From assembly GCA_009103225.1 (NCBI GenBank), contig RHPI01002262.1, positions 124,001 to 188,000 of the forward strand: a stretch of 64,000 nt of DNA, in the 5' to 3' direction. Below are positions 1-13,450 of the stretch, piece after piece. Position 1 is the first letter of the stretch. Every line of letters begins with the position of its first letter. Position numbers and translations under genes: made by a program. The DNA is from Chlorokybus atmophyticus. Taxonomy: Eukaryota > Plantae > Mesostigma and Chlorokybus algae. The notes below the pieces were generated by a model. That model did no database searches. It saw only the letters and a program-made list of their open reading frames with translations, and was not told where the DNA came from.

Positions 1-109
1 ATAGTTGTGGTAGTCGAAGTCGCCATCTTGCCGTCGTTGTCGTCGTCGGCATTGTCGTCGTCGAGGTTGGTGCCGCGAAGCTTTTTATCTTCAGCGAAGG
101 CACGCCGCA

Positions 110-157
110 ATGGCGCCCTCACAGGTAAAAGGCAAGTAGCAGAGCAGAACGACACGC

Positions 158-189
<32 letters not shown>

Positions 190-1278
190 ATGATAACGGT
201 GCATTGCCATCCTTGTTATATAACAAAGTTTGTATTGCTGCCGCAGTCCATACCAGTGGTAAAGAACATACTGCTGCTGGACAGCGAGGGCAAGCGGGTG
301 GCTGTGCGGTACTATGGCTCAGACTGGCCCACTAACGCCTCTCAGCTCAGCTTTGAGAAATCCCTTTTTGCAAAGACTCAGCGCACCAACGCTCGTGGGG
401 AAGGTAAGCCAGCATTCTTCTTGTTGTTGTTAGACCTGTCAGTGTCAGTGTTGTTCATGTGCTGGTTATTTGTATTGTTGATTATTGTTGTTGTTGCTGG
501 TGGTGGTGGTGGTGTTCAGTACTTGTAACGACGAAGTGCATGTTGGGTGCGTGTGCAGCGGAGATTATCATGTTGGACAACGTGCTGTCGGTGTACAAGT
601 TTGCCAGCGATCTGCATTTCTACGTGACGGGCGGCGAGGATGAAAATGAGCTTTTACTTGTCACTGTCTTGCAGTGCCTCTTTGACGCTGTCTCCCTGCT
701 ATTAAGGTGAGAGGGAGAGAAGAGACGAGGAGAGAGACTTCAAGTGGCTTTGTAATGATGTATGATGGATATCGGAAAAGCCGCTCCCTCAAAATGTGTT
801 CAATGTATAGGAATGCAGTGGAGAAGAAGACTGCCTTAGAAAACTTGGACTTGGTGCTATTGACTCTAGATGAGCTGGTGGATGGCGGGTGAGTACTACA
901 CACTCTAACACAAACTAATAGAGGGGTGCAACCTGCACATGCGTTGTTGAGGCAGTGCGTGATGCATGAGTGTCTGCGATGATAGGATCATTTTGGAGAC
1001 GGAGCCGACAGTTGTGGCTTCACGTGTCGCCATGCGCAGCTCTGATGCTGCGGACATCCCCCTATCGGAGCAAGTCAGCCAACTCAAGGACATGGTAGGT
1101 GCCCCAACCAACCAATGCCATGCGCTCGCGGGTATTGTTTGTTCAGCTATTCTGCCATCTCATGCACATGCTTTTGCATGCATCAAACGAACAAAGCACT
1201 GACTTGTGGCAACTGCAGACTTTGTCACAAGCCTTTGCATCCGCCAAGGAGCAGCTTGCAAGGTCTTTGTTGAAGTAG
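110..1278 (+). CDS. COPZ1: Coatomer subunit zeta (zeta-COP), 6 exons: 110-124, 247-403, 559-706, 811-888, 986-1073, 1219-1278 (181 aa)
   Basis: Spliced ORF with GT-AG introns and consistent phases. Contains [60 protein letters not shown] and C-terminal EQLARSLLK, all typical of zeta-COP. Confidence 0.95.
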
Positions 1279-3326
1279 CAGACAGGTTTTTGTTCGAGTG
1301 GCAGACAGGTTTTTGTCGAACCCGTGGTTTGTTCAGGTCAGCAATTATGTGTTGAAAGTGATCTGCCATTCTCAGGTGAACATCAGCTGAGTCAAAAATA
1401 TTGCATGTTGGCGAGGACAGGCACTCTTCTATCGTTGCATAGTGCACACGCTAGTGACCGCCTGCTACTGGTGGGCTGCAACTGTTAACAAACCAAGAGA
1501 ACATGTGACGGTCATGCATTTGTCTCAAGCTAATTTGGTTGCGATGGATCACTGTGACGACACTGATATTATTCGCAGAACGTCTGCCTGTCATTTATGT
1601 GGCATAGTGACAGCAACAGCTATGTGGCACAGTGACAGTGGCGCGAGGTGGATGGCTGCGTTATGCTTCTATGGGATATGGGAAGATTGCAAAGTTATGT
1701 GCATTGTGGTCCGCTGCAGTCAGTGCATGAGTCACTTTAGCAGGCCCTTTCAGAAAGGCTTCCATCGTGGTTGTAGTCTTAATAGCTCAAAGTAGCCACC
1801 GCTGCTGTAAGCGCCCCATGATGCACTTGTCTTTGTGTCAGAGTAGATATACAAACTTATGTTTGGTTGGCTTGCACGCTCATGTTCGCACTTTCACCTT
1901 GATTTGCCAGGTACACATTATGGTGAACACTTTCCACAAGTCAAGCTTGTTATACGAGGATAGTACAGCGCCCGTGTGGGCATGTAATGCATTATCAATA
2001 CGCATGTATGCATGTTTAACGCGGAGGTTCAGACTAGTGTAGTGTAACGAGCTGGGAACAAGTAGTGTGTATAGCCCGGTGGTTGGGTTACAATGTGCTT
2101 GCATGCTGTTTGGCATGCTGTGAGTGATGTCATGCATGTCTACAGCTGCTGGCAGCATATCATGTACACACTAATCGTCAGAGCTGCAATCTTTGATTGT
2201 GCAAGCAGGTTGCTTTCATATTCAAATAGTTAATAGTTGCTGATGATAATGCTTTTTATCTTAATTCACAAGTTATACGGTATGTCCTGTATACATACGT
2301 CTTTGTCATTGGTATTGTACGTATTGAGATATTGAGATAAATCCAAGTTAAATTGAGGTCGAAATAAGTTGTTGGCACCAGCAAAACGTTCAGCTTGTTT
2401 ATGTGACGGTGGCAACCATCACCCCATGATGATGATCGTAACAATTGTAACGAAGCGTGCTAGTCAGATCTTTTGCAAAGAAGTGTGAATGCGGGTGACT
2501 TTATAATTGCAGCTACAACACGTCGGCCGGCTATGCAGGGGAAAAAATGAGAGGGGCTTGTCGAAACGGCTCAAACTCCCGTTCATGCTAGTACAAGATG
2601 CGTGAGATTCCAATAATCACATAATCTACTGAATATGAAGAAGAGTGTAGCCGTGTTGTAGATTTGCATGCTTTAACTGCTGTAGTTTACATGTTGTGCG
2701 CGTGCTAGCGCACTTATTACACACTTTCTATTTTAAGGCCGTTATCGATCTGCAAAAAGGTTTTCAAAGGTTTTAAAGGTTTTAAAGCACTTGAAGGAGA
2801 GATGAGTGTGTACATGATAATCGCAAGGATGTTGTAAGCATGCAGTTCCATGCCATACATCACATGCAGCAAGCCTTATGCACGTCCATGCAACCGTATG
2901 CATGTGTGACACATGCATACGACCTTCGAGCCAAATCTACCCTACACGCTGCTCATACACGTATAGCTACCGCCCCCATGTTACTTTGTCATGCATGCAT
3001 GCATTAACGGCAGTAACAATGGTAGTCACAACGAATCTTTATTGTCTTTATAGTCTTTATGAACACGATGGTATCATGAGTGACCTGTTGCTTGCTACAT
3101 ATGCAATTTGTAGCATGCAGTGCAACTAAAAAGACATTTGCTATGGCAATACATAACAACGCGTGGGTAATATGGCGTGCGACACTTGCTTACATACTTA
3201 TAACTTTCACACTTGTGTACAAGCACAAGAACCTTATTACAACACGTTACGTAATGTGATGAAGTATAAGGTGCAGCTTTGTAAAGCAATAATCAGCACC
3301 GCAGCGGGAAGGAGAGTATGCACTGC

Positions 3327-3382
3327 AGCCCCTCCACTCACCTCATACACACGCAAGTGTGTATGAGGTGAGTGGAGGGGCT
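3327..3382. repeat. Perfect 26-bp inverted repeat with GCAA loop
   Basis: agcccctccactcacctcatacacac (3327-3352), GCAA, then its exact reverse complement (3357-3382). Confidence 0.95.
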
Positions 3383-3755
3383 AAGCACACCCCACTCGCG
3401 TGCAAGGCTGCCACGGACAATACATCATACAAGGTTTTGGAGGAGCCCGTTGAACAATAAAAACAAAGCCCCACACACAAGTCGAGTGTACATGCGGAGT
3501 TGCCTCATCACTTGTTGGCCGTTTATGTACTCCCGCTTTGCTGCTGTTCGACCTGGACGATGTACGTACAAGGCTACTTGCCTTGCCATGGCTGTGTTAA
3601 CTATAATTCATGCCTCAAAGCTGCCACAGCGGCCATTGGACATCCTGTGAATGTTTCGCACAGATCACACATCAGCCTCGAACATTGTAAACGCCTAGGG
3701 TTGGTCACATCAGCCTGAGACATCACACATACCGTAAGTCATCAAATACCGCTCC

Positions 3756-4032
3756 NNNNNNNNNNNNNNNNNNNNNNNNNNNNNNNNNNNNNNNNNNNNN
3801 NNNNNNNNNNNNNNNNNNNNNNNNNNNNNNNNNNNNNNNNNNNNNNNNNNNNNNNNNNNNNNNNNNNNNNNNNNNNNNNNNNNNNNNNNNNNNNNNNNNN
3901 NNNNNNNNNNNNNNNNNNNNNNNNNNNNNNNNNNNNNNNNNNNNNNNNNNNNNNNNNNNNNNNNNNNNNNNNNNNNNNNNNNNNNNNNNNNNNNNNNNNN
4001 NNNNNNNNNNNNNNNNNNNNNNNNNNNNNNNN
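3756..4032. other. Assembly gap (N run)
   Basis: Run of N, followed by C-rich and G-rich tracts. Confidence 0.99.
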
Positions 4033-7000
4033 CTCCTCCCCCCTCCGCCCCCCTCTATTACAACATCCCCATTTAGCGCATTGAATATGAAAAGGAGGGG
4101 GGGAAGCGGGAGGGGGGAGCTTCATATGACAACGCCCTTTCACACTTATCTTTAACCCCTTACACATTACTCCCCATTCATATTAGCAAGAGAGCTTAAC
4201 TTGTAAGGGGGAGGGGGATTGCATTCCGAATGCATTAAGTCAATGAGATACGGTATGCATACATACGCATACGTACTATATATCCACGCATTTCGACCCA
4301 TATGCACACATATGCATACACATGCAAACATATGACACCGACTAGCCCTGCGCTTGGTAGTAGAGTGCATATGTGTAGCTACAGTGCCTTTGCACATTAA
4401 GTGCACATCAACCAACTTCACTAGCACGCATGCCAAGTACCACACAATTTGACTTTACGAAATCCTTACTCTGGAAGTAAGAAGCCCAAAGGCTTATTCC
4501 GCCTTACTTACCACATAAGTAAGGAATTTAGTAACTTTTGCTAGCTCATAGGGTGTGACATGTAACGCAATGTTTGCGACTACCATTATAAAATCACAAC
4601 CTTGTATATAAGCCAGTGTTTATAGGTTGGCTACAATACTGAAAAGTAAGCTTAATATATATGTTAATGTTGTACTAGTTTTGTACAAGTGCAACGGCAA
4701 CATCATTACATAATGTTGTAGTGCAAGTCTTGAAATTGGTATTATATTAATCTTTTTAGCCACGGAGTAAAGATTACGTGGTATTGGTAGGATGTAAGTT
4801 AATAAGAGTTCTCTCGCAGCATCACAATGGCATGCAATCAACTGTTGTAACGGTACCGCCAGCAACCGTGTCGCTCATCCTTTACTTGTCAACAAGTTCA
4901 TGGCAAGGTGTTATAAACATTGCATTTACGGACGTGCACACCTCAAGCTCATCATACCCAGACAAGAAAGTTATAGTTTTTTGCACGGCATCACATGTGG
5001 GCCATATGTATAAGAGTGTCATAATGCTCTAGCAAGCATGCTTGACGGCCTATAGCCAAAAATAGTATATCACCCTCACATGTGCAAAATCATATTATAC
5101 AGCAGCACAGCATGACCCAATGGGTAACGATGAAGTAACACATGATATATATGCTATATATATGAAGCATAGCATGTCAAATAACCTTTGTCTCAATTAC
5201 CACTCCAACCGAGTGCACAAATGCAATAGCCCGGTAGCGTCGTCGCCAGAAACAAACCACAAGTAGGGGGGTCAAGCCATTTTCCAACCTGCAGTCGTCA
5301 AATCTGCAACTGCGCTAATAATGGCTCACACAACGCGTGAACATGCAGTATGCATAGAAGAATGCAATTATACATGCACAACCATGTGCAAGGCTATTTT
5401 GCATGCACACATGCCATGCACACCCTCAGCATGCAAGGCATGCACACATGCACATGCATGCACACATAGCAATGCACAAGGGCAGAACCAGCAAGGCAGG
5501 GGTTGTCCACAACAATAGGTAGCCAAGAAAGACTACGAACACCGCCAACATGAGTTACAGGAAGTGGGAGGCGCTTGTTCTTTAGCACATGCGTCATTTC
5601 AGGACACACACACCTCAAGCCCTGGGTAGAACACCCCGTAACGCCCCCACATAGCAGGGTCAGAAAGGCCCCTTTAACAACTAAGCCAAGCACCCAATAC
5701 ACGCAGCAAGTGAGCACCAGGATGAGTCCAATTGAACCCCCAACACCATGCTGGCCTAGCCTGTTATACTCCTCCGTGTTGCCTTCCCACAAAGCCACCA
5801 GCGAATTGAAAAGCCATCAACGCCTTTTCGCCCACACTGTGCTGACATCTCAAGTTTTCTTGGCCACACAGGACCCCTAGATGTACTAACTTATGCCACT
5901 TGCATATGCCATGGTGTGATGGCATGTACATGTACACTGATCAACTCTATGCAAGCTGCTTATCTGTGTACGGTTCATCTTGCTTAAGGCTCATAAGCAC
6001 AAGGATTGACTGTATGAGCGAATTGTTTAGGTACTGCACACACCTAAGCAGTTGAACTCCCATACATGCATGGTAAGCATAGCACTGCTATGATAGCTAG
6101 AGCCATGTGCCTAACTTGATAAGCGCAACAACTTTGCAAAAATATCTACACATGTCATATTCACTCTCGCACATATAGTACAGTTGGAATGTTGTTCGCG
6201 ACATGGCAGTATAGTGCAGCGCGCAGTCGCAGGTATGACCATAAGCAGTTTAAGATTTCGCAAACTCGTATCGCGATGAAACCAACGAGTATCGTTTTGG
6301 AACAACACACGTTATGAGGAATGATTAATGTAATTCTTCAACTTGCAGGAGTTTGCAGTGTGGCATATGACATATATTGCAATATCAAAATGATGTTAAA
6401 TAAAGCTACCGATCAGCACGGCCATAATGTTGCATTAGCTTTGCGCATTTCTGCACTTTCCACTGTACGTATTGTTTCCTCACCATTTGCATTACATATA
6501 CGTCCGTTCAACAGAGATAAGGATGGCTATACCATAATAGTCTGATAACAAACCGTTCTTAAAGACTCTGTTTACACGATATTAATCTGACACATGTGAG
6601 ACACGCGTTACAGTACTTCGTTGATAATGACCCCAAGTTGGGGTCGCTCTAAGATACCCATCAAGCAGCTTAATCATCATTAAGCAAATTAATCATTATC
6701 GTGTGCACTGTTGATGTAGAACTGCATTAAACACGTATGGTCTAACCTTGTTACGTGCTTGTTGAATATGTGTATATTCGCGCATGCATCTGGCCGTCAT
6801 CAATGTTTTCATAGGTAATGCATGTGCATTAAAAGCATATTGCTAAGTACATATTATAAATTGCTTAATGTGATGTGCATATGTACTTATTAAAGTTACA
6901 ACTTAATTTGCACATAAGTCATCACTTATGTGTATCTTATTGAGGTTGATGATAACCACGAAATACAAGGTTACGGTCACTAAATAAGTAGTATACAATA

Positions 7001-8031
7001 TGCGCTTATGCCAAGTGCATGTGCATAATACATGCACTTCAAGCGGGTGTTTAACTTATGCACTCAACGAGTGTGCACAACAGCTATGAGTGCTGACATA
7101 GGCACGTTTCCGATGGTATGCACTTATCGAGGCTAGACTGTAGTCCTCAATGAGGACTCCTCATCATGAAATTGGGCACATTCGCATAGCGGGGCGCAGC
7201 GACCTGCCAACGTGGGCACCGTCGATACTGACGCGGACACCGTCACATCAATGGACCCGCCAGTACCTACGCGAACTGCGAGGAAAGACGACAAAGTTTC
7301 GACAAAGGGATTGGATTCTGTCATGAATAGCGACACGGGCGCAAAAAGCCCCGCTGAGCCAGCAGGCCACACAGCGCAAAATTTCATCAACTCACAATGA
7401 AAAGAGCACGTCCGTCTTGAAACTTTTCCCCAAGCCAGTGTACTTTTCGCCGGCAGCGGCCTTTAACCGCGCATCTTGAACCGTGTTCGGCCGCGTACCA
7501 GGGCGTAACCCGCTCTCGGCGCGTAGCTTTGTCCGTTAGCGCGCAGTGCAGCAGGCAGCGTTGCGTCGCGTCGCGGTCCACCGCGCTGCACATGCGGGCG
7601 CGTAACCCCTACAGCGCCGCCGTTCTGCCGTCCGGTACATCAGTTAGCGGTACTAACCGGGAACTGTCTCTACTTGATATCGCACTACAGTACACGGATA
7701 CTCTTCTTGTCAACAGGGGGCACCAGCAAACCCACGACGAGGACACCGATATCGGTGGTGCCCGTGGCTACTGGCCAGTGTCAACAAAGAGTTTGTGTCG
7801 AAAGTCCCGTGCCTTCAGGGGCGTGCGCGCGTGCGGGGTGCCAAAGGGGGCGGTTTCGGACGGCAACTCCGGAGGTCCGGGCCAGTGCCCGGAGCCGGTA
7901 GCGGCGGAGAGACTCAGCTGGGCAGTGGCAGGCAGGCAGGGGGAGTAAGTAAGGTGTGTGATGAGGGTGAGCGAGGGTTTTCGGGGGTTAAAGTGAGTGA
8001 GAGAGGGTTTTGGGTTGGGTTGGGTTGGCCA

Positions 8032-8176
8032 ACGTGGCCGTGATGGAGTCCGCCGTGCGCATGTGCCACCGCCGCCGCACTGACGCTGCCACGGCAACGT
8101 GGCCATACTGCCCTGGCACGTTGCTCCCCTGCTCCTCCGCCGCCGCCCCCGCCTCCTCCGTGGAACGTGGCCACGT
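8032..8176. promoter_or_regulatory. Cluster of four ACGTGGC (ABRE/G-box type) motifs upstream of the IDD gene
   Basis: ACGTGGC at 8032 (+), 8097 (+), 8165 (+) and 8170-8176 (-). Function is inferred from the motif only. Confidence 0.4.
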
Positions 8177-8890
8177 TGCTCCGTTGCCCTCCCGCTCCCA
8201 CCTCCACCTACTAACGCCGCCGCCGCCACTGCTACTGCTGCTTCTCCCCCTAGTCCTCCTCCTAGCTTGCTTGGACAAGACCGCTAGCAGTAGCAGTTTT
8301 AGAACTAGCTGCCTGCACAACTACTCTACTTTGGAGCTGTCTAGGAGCTGTCTTGTCTTAAGCTCCGTCGCTGGTAGCGCCGGCATCCTCGGCAACACTG
8401 TGCTCGCCGCTGCTGCGACTAGTACTGGCTCCAGCAACAGTAGCAGCGGGAGTCTAAGCTTGTCCGTAGCAGTGCTAGCAGCTGCTGTAGTTGGCCACTT
8501 CGCCCGTGACCCTCGGCCTGGCCCGGTGCTGCTGGCGCTGCTCCATCGGCCTGTCGCCCCGAGCATTGCTGCTCCTGCTCCTGCCCATGCTAGTCTTGCT
8601 CCTGCTGCAGCTGGTGCTTGTTCGTTGCGAATTTCAGGTTGGTGGTGACGCTTGAAGCTGCGGCCTGGAGTAGTGGGTGTAGGAGTTAGCAGTACTGTTT
8701 GTTGCGTGCTGTTCAGATTTGAGAGCAACGCTACAGTTGCTCTTCTTGTTGCATGCCAGTGGTAGAGTTGGGTCTGGCACACATTGACGCCAGCTGAAGG
8801 GAGGCAGTTTGGAGGCGCTGTTAAGTGGCCACCTCATGAGAACATGGTGTGGTGGGCAGCAGAGCACTTGTTGCTGAGCCAGGGGACGGT

Positions 8891-11800
8891 ATGGCAGCGG
8901 CCGCCACGGCCATTCCCATAGCCTCTCCTGCTACTGCCTCCGCTGCTGACGCTATCCTTCTGCCGGACGCTATAGCAGCCTTCGACTCAGGTACAGGGTG
9001 AATACGCCTCGCTCAGTTGCATGTGATTTTGATTGACCAGTACAGTACAATACAGTGATTATTTTGACAAGCTGTCAAGCCGTCCACAGCACACAGCATG
9101 TACAAGCACTGTTGCATGACGTGCAGTACTGTTGGTGTTACACGCACATGCAAGCTGCAGTTGTTCAGGCATGCAGTGACTTGTTACTCGTTACATGTGC
9201 AAGGTCTACACTTGCATGTCGCATGCAGATGAGTACTTTCATGCCTATTACCTGCATGTAAGACAGTGGTCATGTGTTGAAGAATGTTCACAGTGACGCC
9301 TGCCGGAGGGTGCTTTGTTGTTGTCGATATGGAGTAGCCATGCCAGCAGTTGATCCCGTATGCAGAACCTTCAAAGCCCAGTACAATGAGTCATGCGCTA
9401 ACTACGGAATTTACGTTGCTGAGGTTGATGTGTACAATCCGGCAGTTAGTGGTTGTGGTTGTGCTTATGTGCAATGCTAATTGTCTTTGCACGTTGTGTT
9501 TTGTTGGGTGCAGTAGTAGATCGCAACTGCAGAGGCGGTGCGTACTTCAACCCCCCTCTGACCGCCATCCCCTTGGACATGTCCTCGCCCCCTCGGCCGG
9601 AGGATCCCTCGCCTTCGTCTTATCTATCAACATATGGTGCCACGAGCACGGGTGCAACTTCCACTTCTTCGGGGCGAGCTGTGACAGCGGCGGACCCGCC
9701 TGCCGGACCCGCCCAGCAGCAGGACAGCCCTACCCGGCCGGGCGCCCGCAGGCGCAATGCACCGGGAAACCCCGACCCCACCGCTGAGGTCATTGCGCTC
9801 ACGCCCGAGGAGCTCCTCGCCAGTAACCGCTTTTACTGTGAGGTCTGTGGCAAGGGCTTCCAGCGTGACCAGAACCTGCAGCTCCACCGACGTGGGCACA
9901 ACCTGCCCTGGCAACTCACCCCGCGCTCCACCGCAGAGCCCCGCAAACGAGTGGTATGCGCTGCAGTCAATTTTGCTTTGTGCGTCGTACTGCCATTAGC
10001 ATAGCACCTTGTTATGTAGTTTTTGTCGTTTTGTACATCGGTTGTGACGTTACTGCAATCCTTGTCATGCGTCCATATACCGAAGCGAGTCCACGATTGT
10101 ACTCACTGTATATGTGCAATCTACACTGTATATACACTGTATATGTGCAATACACTGAAGCGAGTCCACAACTGTACTCAAACATTGTCTGTTTGTCAGT
10201 ACATATGCCCGGAGCCTACATGCGTGCACCATCAAGCAAACAGAGCCCTTGGCGACTTGACCGGCATAAAGAAACACTACAGGTATGGACCTACTCGTGT
10301 GTACTTGTGCGAAAACATCGTATCAACCCTAAACCATTACGGTATTGCAGCCGCAAGCATGGCGAAAAGAAGTATGAGTGCGAAAAGTGCCATAAGAAGT
10401 ACGCAGTGCCGAGCGACTGGAAGGCTCATGTTAAGAGCTGTGGAGCGCGGGAATGGCTCTGCACTTGCGGCACTCAATTTACAAGGTCTGTCAACGCCTC
10501 AGGTTGTTGCTGTGACAAGGAGTGCAGCTCCCTGTTAACACTTGTGCTGCGCAGGAAGGACTCTCTCATCATGCATTGCAAGTCATACCACCATCAGCCG
10601 GCTTCGGACACCACGCCAGGGCGGCCGTCAAAGCGTCCTCTTGAGGTAAGCGTGTGCACGTACGGTGCTTGCGCAAGCTACTGCCACTCAACTGCTGATA
10701 CACTTTTTACCTCGATTGCAGTTGGAAGAAGGGCCTTCAGAAGCGGGGCCTTCTGGCACAAGTGATGAGCCTCAGCGCGCGGCCGCCTTGCGCGAGTTCA
10801 ACATGTTGGGCGGTCGCATGTTCAGAGTAGGAGAGCAGGTGCTGGGAGCTGGCGCCACTCGGCGCTCTGACGGCACCACAGATTTCCTTTCAAACTTGCA
10901 GCAAGTGAGTTCCATGTTAAGAGTTCCAATTTATGATCATCGCCCATGTCCTTCAACCATTACAACGTCACTCACGGTTTGCCTTCGGCATAGCAGGCGG
11001 GTGCTACACAATTGCTGAGCTCTCCAGGCCAGGCCAGCTTGAACCTGCTGCTTTCCCCTTACGCAGGGACCCAAGGCGGGTCCTCCTCGCTACACGCTGA
11101 TCCCACATGGGCTGCGCTGCAGCAGCTCCAGCGGACAGGTGAGCCTACACCTTCTGTTCAGTCGTCAGCTTCTCAAGCGCTGCTTACCCACCAACACACG
11201 TGACACTTGCAGCGACAAGCCCTTTCGAGTCCCCACGTGTGTTTGTGGGCACGCCATTGGCGACAGCGTTGCGTACAGGTGTTGAAGAAGAGCATCTGTC
11301 ACACTTTGTCGACCGCGCGCGCTTGACAACCGGTGATGCGGCTCTCGCTTCGGCCAGTGAGATGCCATCGACAGAGCTGAGCATCACCAACAGGTTGCAG
11401 CAGGGCACGGGTCTCTCAAGCCCACAGGGCCGCAGTGCCATGGCAGCGTACCAGGCTTCCCTTGACCGCGCTCAGCGACAGGGCGGTCTGACTCCCTTTG
11501 GCGCTCTCGACACAAGAACAGGTGGACCTTTGCTCACACCCGGCCAGCCCGCATCAATGCAGCCGTTCAGGTTTCAAACCCATCCCTCTCTGTTCTGGTC
11601 ATTGTCCGTTTTTATGCATGTTGTCTGTTTGCAGTTTTCTGAACACATAGCGGTCATTTGCAGGACGGGGCTGGAGAGCTCAGCGCTGTACACGCAGCCG
11701 ATGTTATCCGCGCGCGCCTTTGCTGAGCAACAGCAGTCTTACAGGGCACAGCAGCAGCAGCAACAACAACAAACCCAGCAACAGCAGCAGCACGAGGCGC

Positions 11801-12021
11801 TCACGCCGACAGACTACCTTGCTTCTGCTCAGTACGGGTTTGGCACGCTGTTCCCAACATCCATCTACCCGTCGTTCACCGAGACAGGCGCCCGTGCTGC
11901 AGCCAGCAGCAGCGCAAGCCCACTGCAGACCACTAGCGCACCCAGCAGATACACAGGCCCAACTGGCGAGCTCGGGACCGGCGGCATGCAGTACAGTGAT
12001 TCGCACAGCGAGTACAAGTAG
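8891..12021 (+). CDS. IDD: INDETERMINATE DOMAIN (IDD/BIRD)-type C2H2 zinc-finger transcription factor; exons 8891-8990, 9514-9953, 10200-10282, 10351-10485, 10555-10645, 10722-10904, 10997-11138, 11213-11570, 11664-12021 (about 629 aa; first exon tentative)
   Basis: Spliced ID domain: FYCEVCGKGFQRDQNLQLHRRGHNLPW...YICPEPTCVHHQANRALGDLTGIKKHYSRKHGEKKYECEKCHKKYAVPSDWKAHVKSCGAREWLCTCGTQFTRKDS. All introns are GT-AG with matching phases. Confidence 0.9.
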
Positions 12022-13450
12022 TTGTTGTCCCAGCTCCCATTCCCACCTCATCAGCAGCAGAAACTTTGATGATGTTGCTAATCATCATAGCTGGGGGTAA
12101 AGGTTGGGATTGGGGGCTGTCAGATGCGTTGAAGACAAGTTGAAGCAGGATGCTCGCGTAGACTTAGGATGGCTTGCACACCACACCACAGCTGCTGCAT
12201 GACACCACAAGCCACGCCGCGTGGCTTGTACATGCAGAACTGGTGTTGTGTGCTGAGGGTTAGGTTATGGAGGCAGTTTTTCCTTTCCTCTCTTCCGTTG
12301 GTAGCGCTATTCCAACCTGGCTGTCTGCCTTAGGAGTAGAACTATTCCCTTCGACATTCCCTAATATATGGGCAATTGAATAAGCGTCCAGCATCACTTG
12401 ATGCCAGCAATTTGCGACTGGTGTATGGAGGCGAGGCTGGCGCTGTGTTTAACCAGTCATACACATCTGCAATGTTGGTGTTGTCCGTCGTGCCATTGAT
12501 GCGCGTCACGCATGCCAGCTAACACTACGCCTCACCATATTGCCAGCACATTTGTGTTGTATCGGCAATAGAGCCTGCAATCTAGTTGCCAGTAGTGTGT
12601 TGCACTGTACGACATGTTGGAAGAGGGTGGCAGACCAAGATAGTTATTCGTAAAAAAGCAGCCTTTGCTATATATTGCACTGAGTTGCTACATTTCGCAT
12701 AATGGCGTATAGTGTTTTCGACGATCAGAATTGGATCATACAGCACAAGCACTAAGATCAAAATTTCGAGCGTGAAGCATATGTCTTTTCATTGTACACG
12801 CAATATGCCGTATAGATGCTTGTCATCATGACACTATAGGAAAGGATGTTTTCCATATGTGTGGAGGCAAATATACAACATGTTGTTCACAATAAGCTGC
12901 TTGTCGTAAAATTTTAAAGGTACATTATACCATTTAAAGGTATAATATACCATTCAAATTGCAACAATTGGGTAATGTTGCAAGTATGCATGCACTTGTT
13001 AACCATTGTGATGTCCTTGATTTTGCACACCACAAACACAATCTCGTCTTTACGGGCGCACACAACCACTATCCATTACATTTTACTACATGCATGCGTG
13101 CTAATTATTGATACGCAATACTTAGTTGTGCATGAAATGGCCATAACAGTGTGACCTCTTCGGTATGGATATACCAATTTTGGTTTACCCATACCAGATT
13201 TTAGTATATCCATACACTACTTGGGTAACCAGATTAGTGTATGGCGTTACGAGATACGGCTTTGTTACTGTCTCGTCATTACCAACATCATCATCATAAG
13301 TAACAACGACAACAACAACACTACTCGTGTCGCCACCACCACCACCACTACTAATAATAATATTGTTGTCGTCATCATCACCATCACTACCATGATGTGT
13401 GGTAGTTCGTGAGTGTAGTCTACACTTATAAGCTACTTTTGCGTGCTGTT

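Noticed and set aside
6111-6308. NDTRW motif reminiscent of hAT transposase TRWNS
   Set aside because: It is a single short motif in a broken frame, with no other transposase motifs, TIRs or TSD that I could confirm.
7133-7948. GC-rich stretch with several overlapping 60-150 aa ORFs
   Set aside because: No recognisable domain or consistent splice structure; may be regulatory or a decayed fragment.
8010-8782. 212-aa and 153-aa ORFs upstream of the IDD gene
   Set aside because: Low-complexity products of GCT/CTA/GCC repeats, open on both strands; more likely promoter or 5' UTR.
9338-9455. Possible extra exon of the IDD gene (MPAVDPVCRTF...)
   Set aside because: An acceptor in the right phase exists, but the only in-phase donor is weak; the model works without it.
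13358-13365. TAATATTG resembling the geminivirus origin nonanucleotide near the Rep fragment
   Set aside because: It does not match TAATATTAC, is not in a stem-loop, lies in a trinucleotide microsatellite, and is outside the hAT element.
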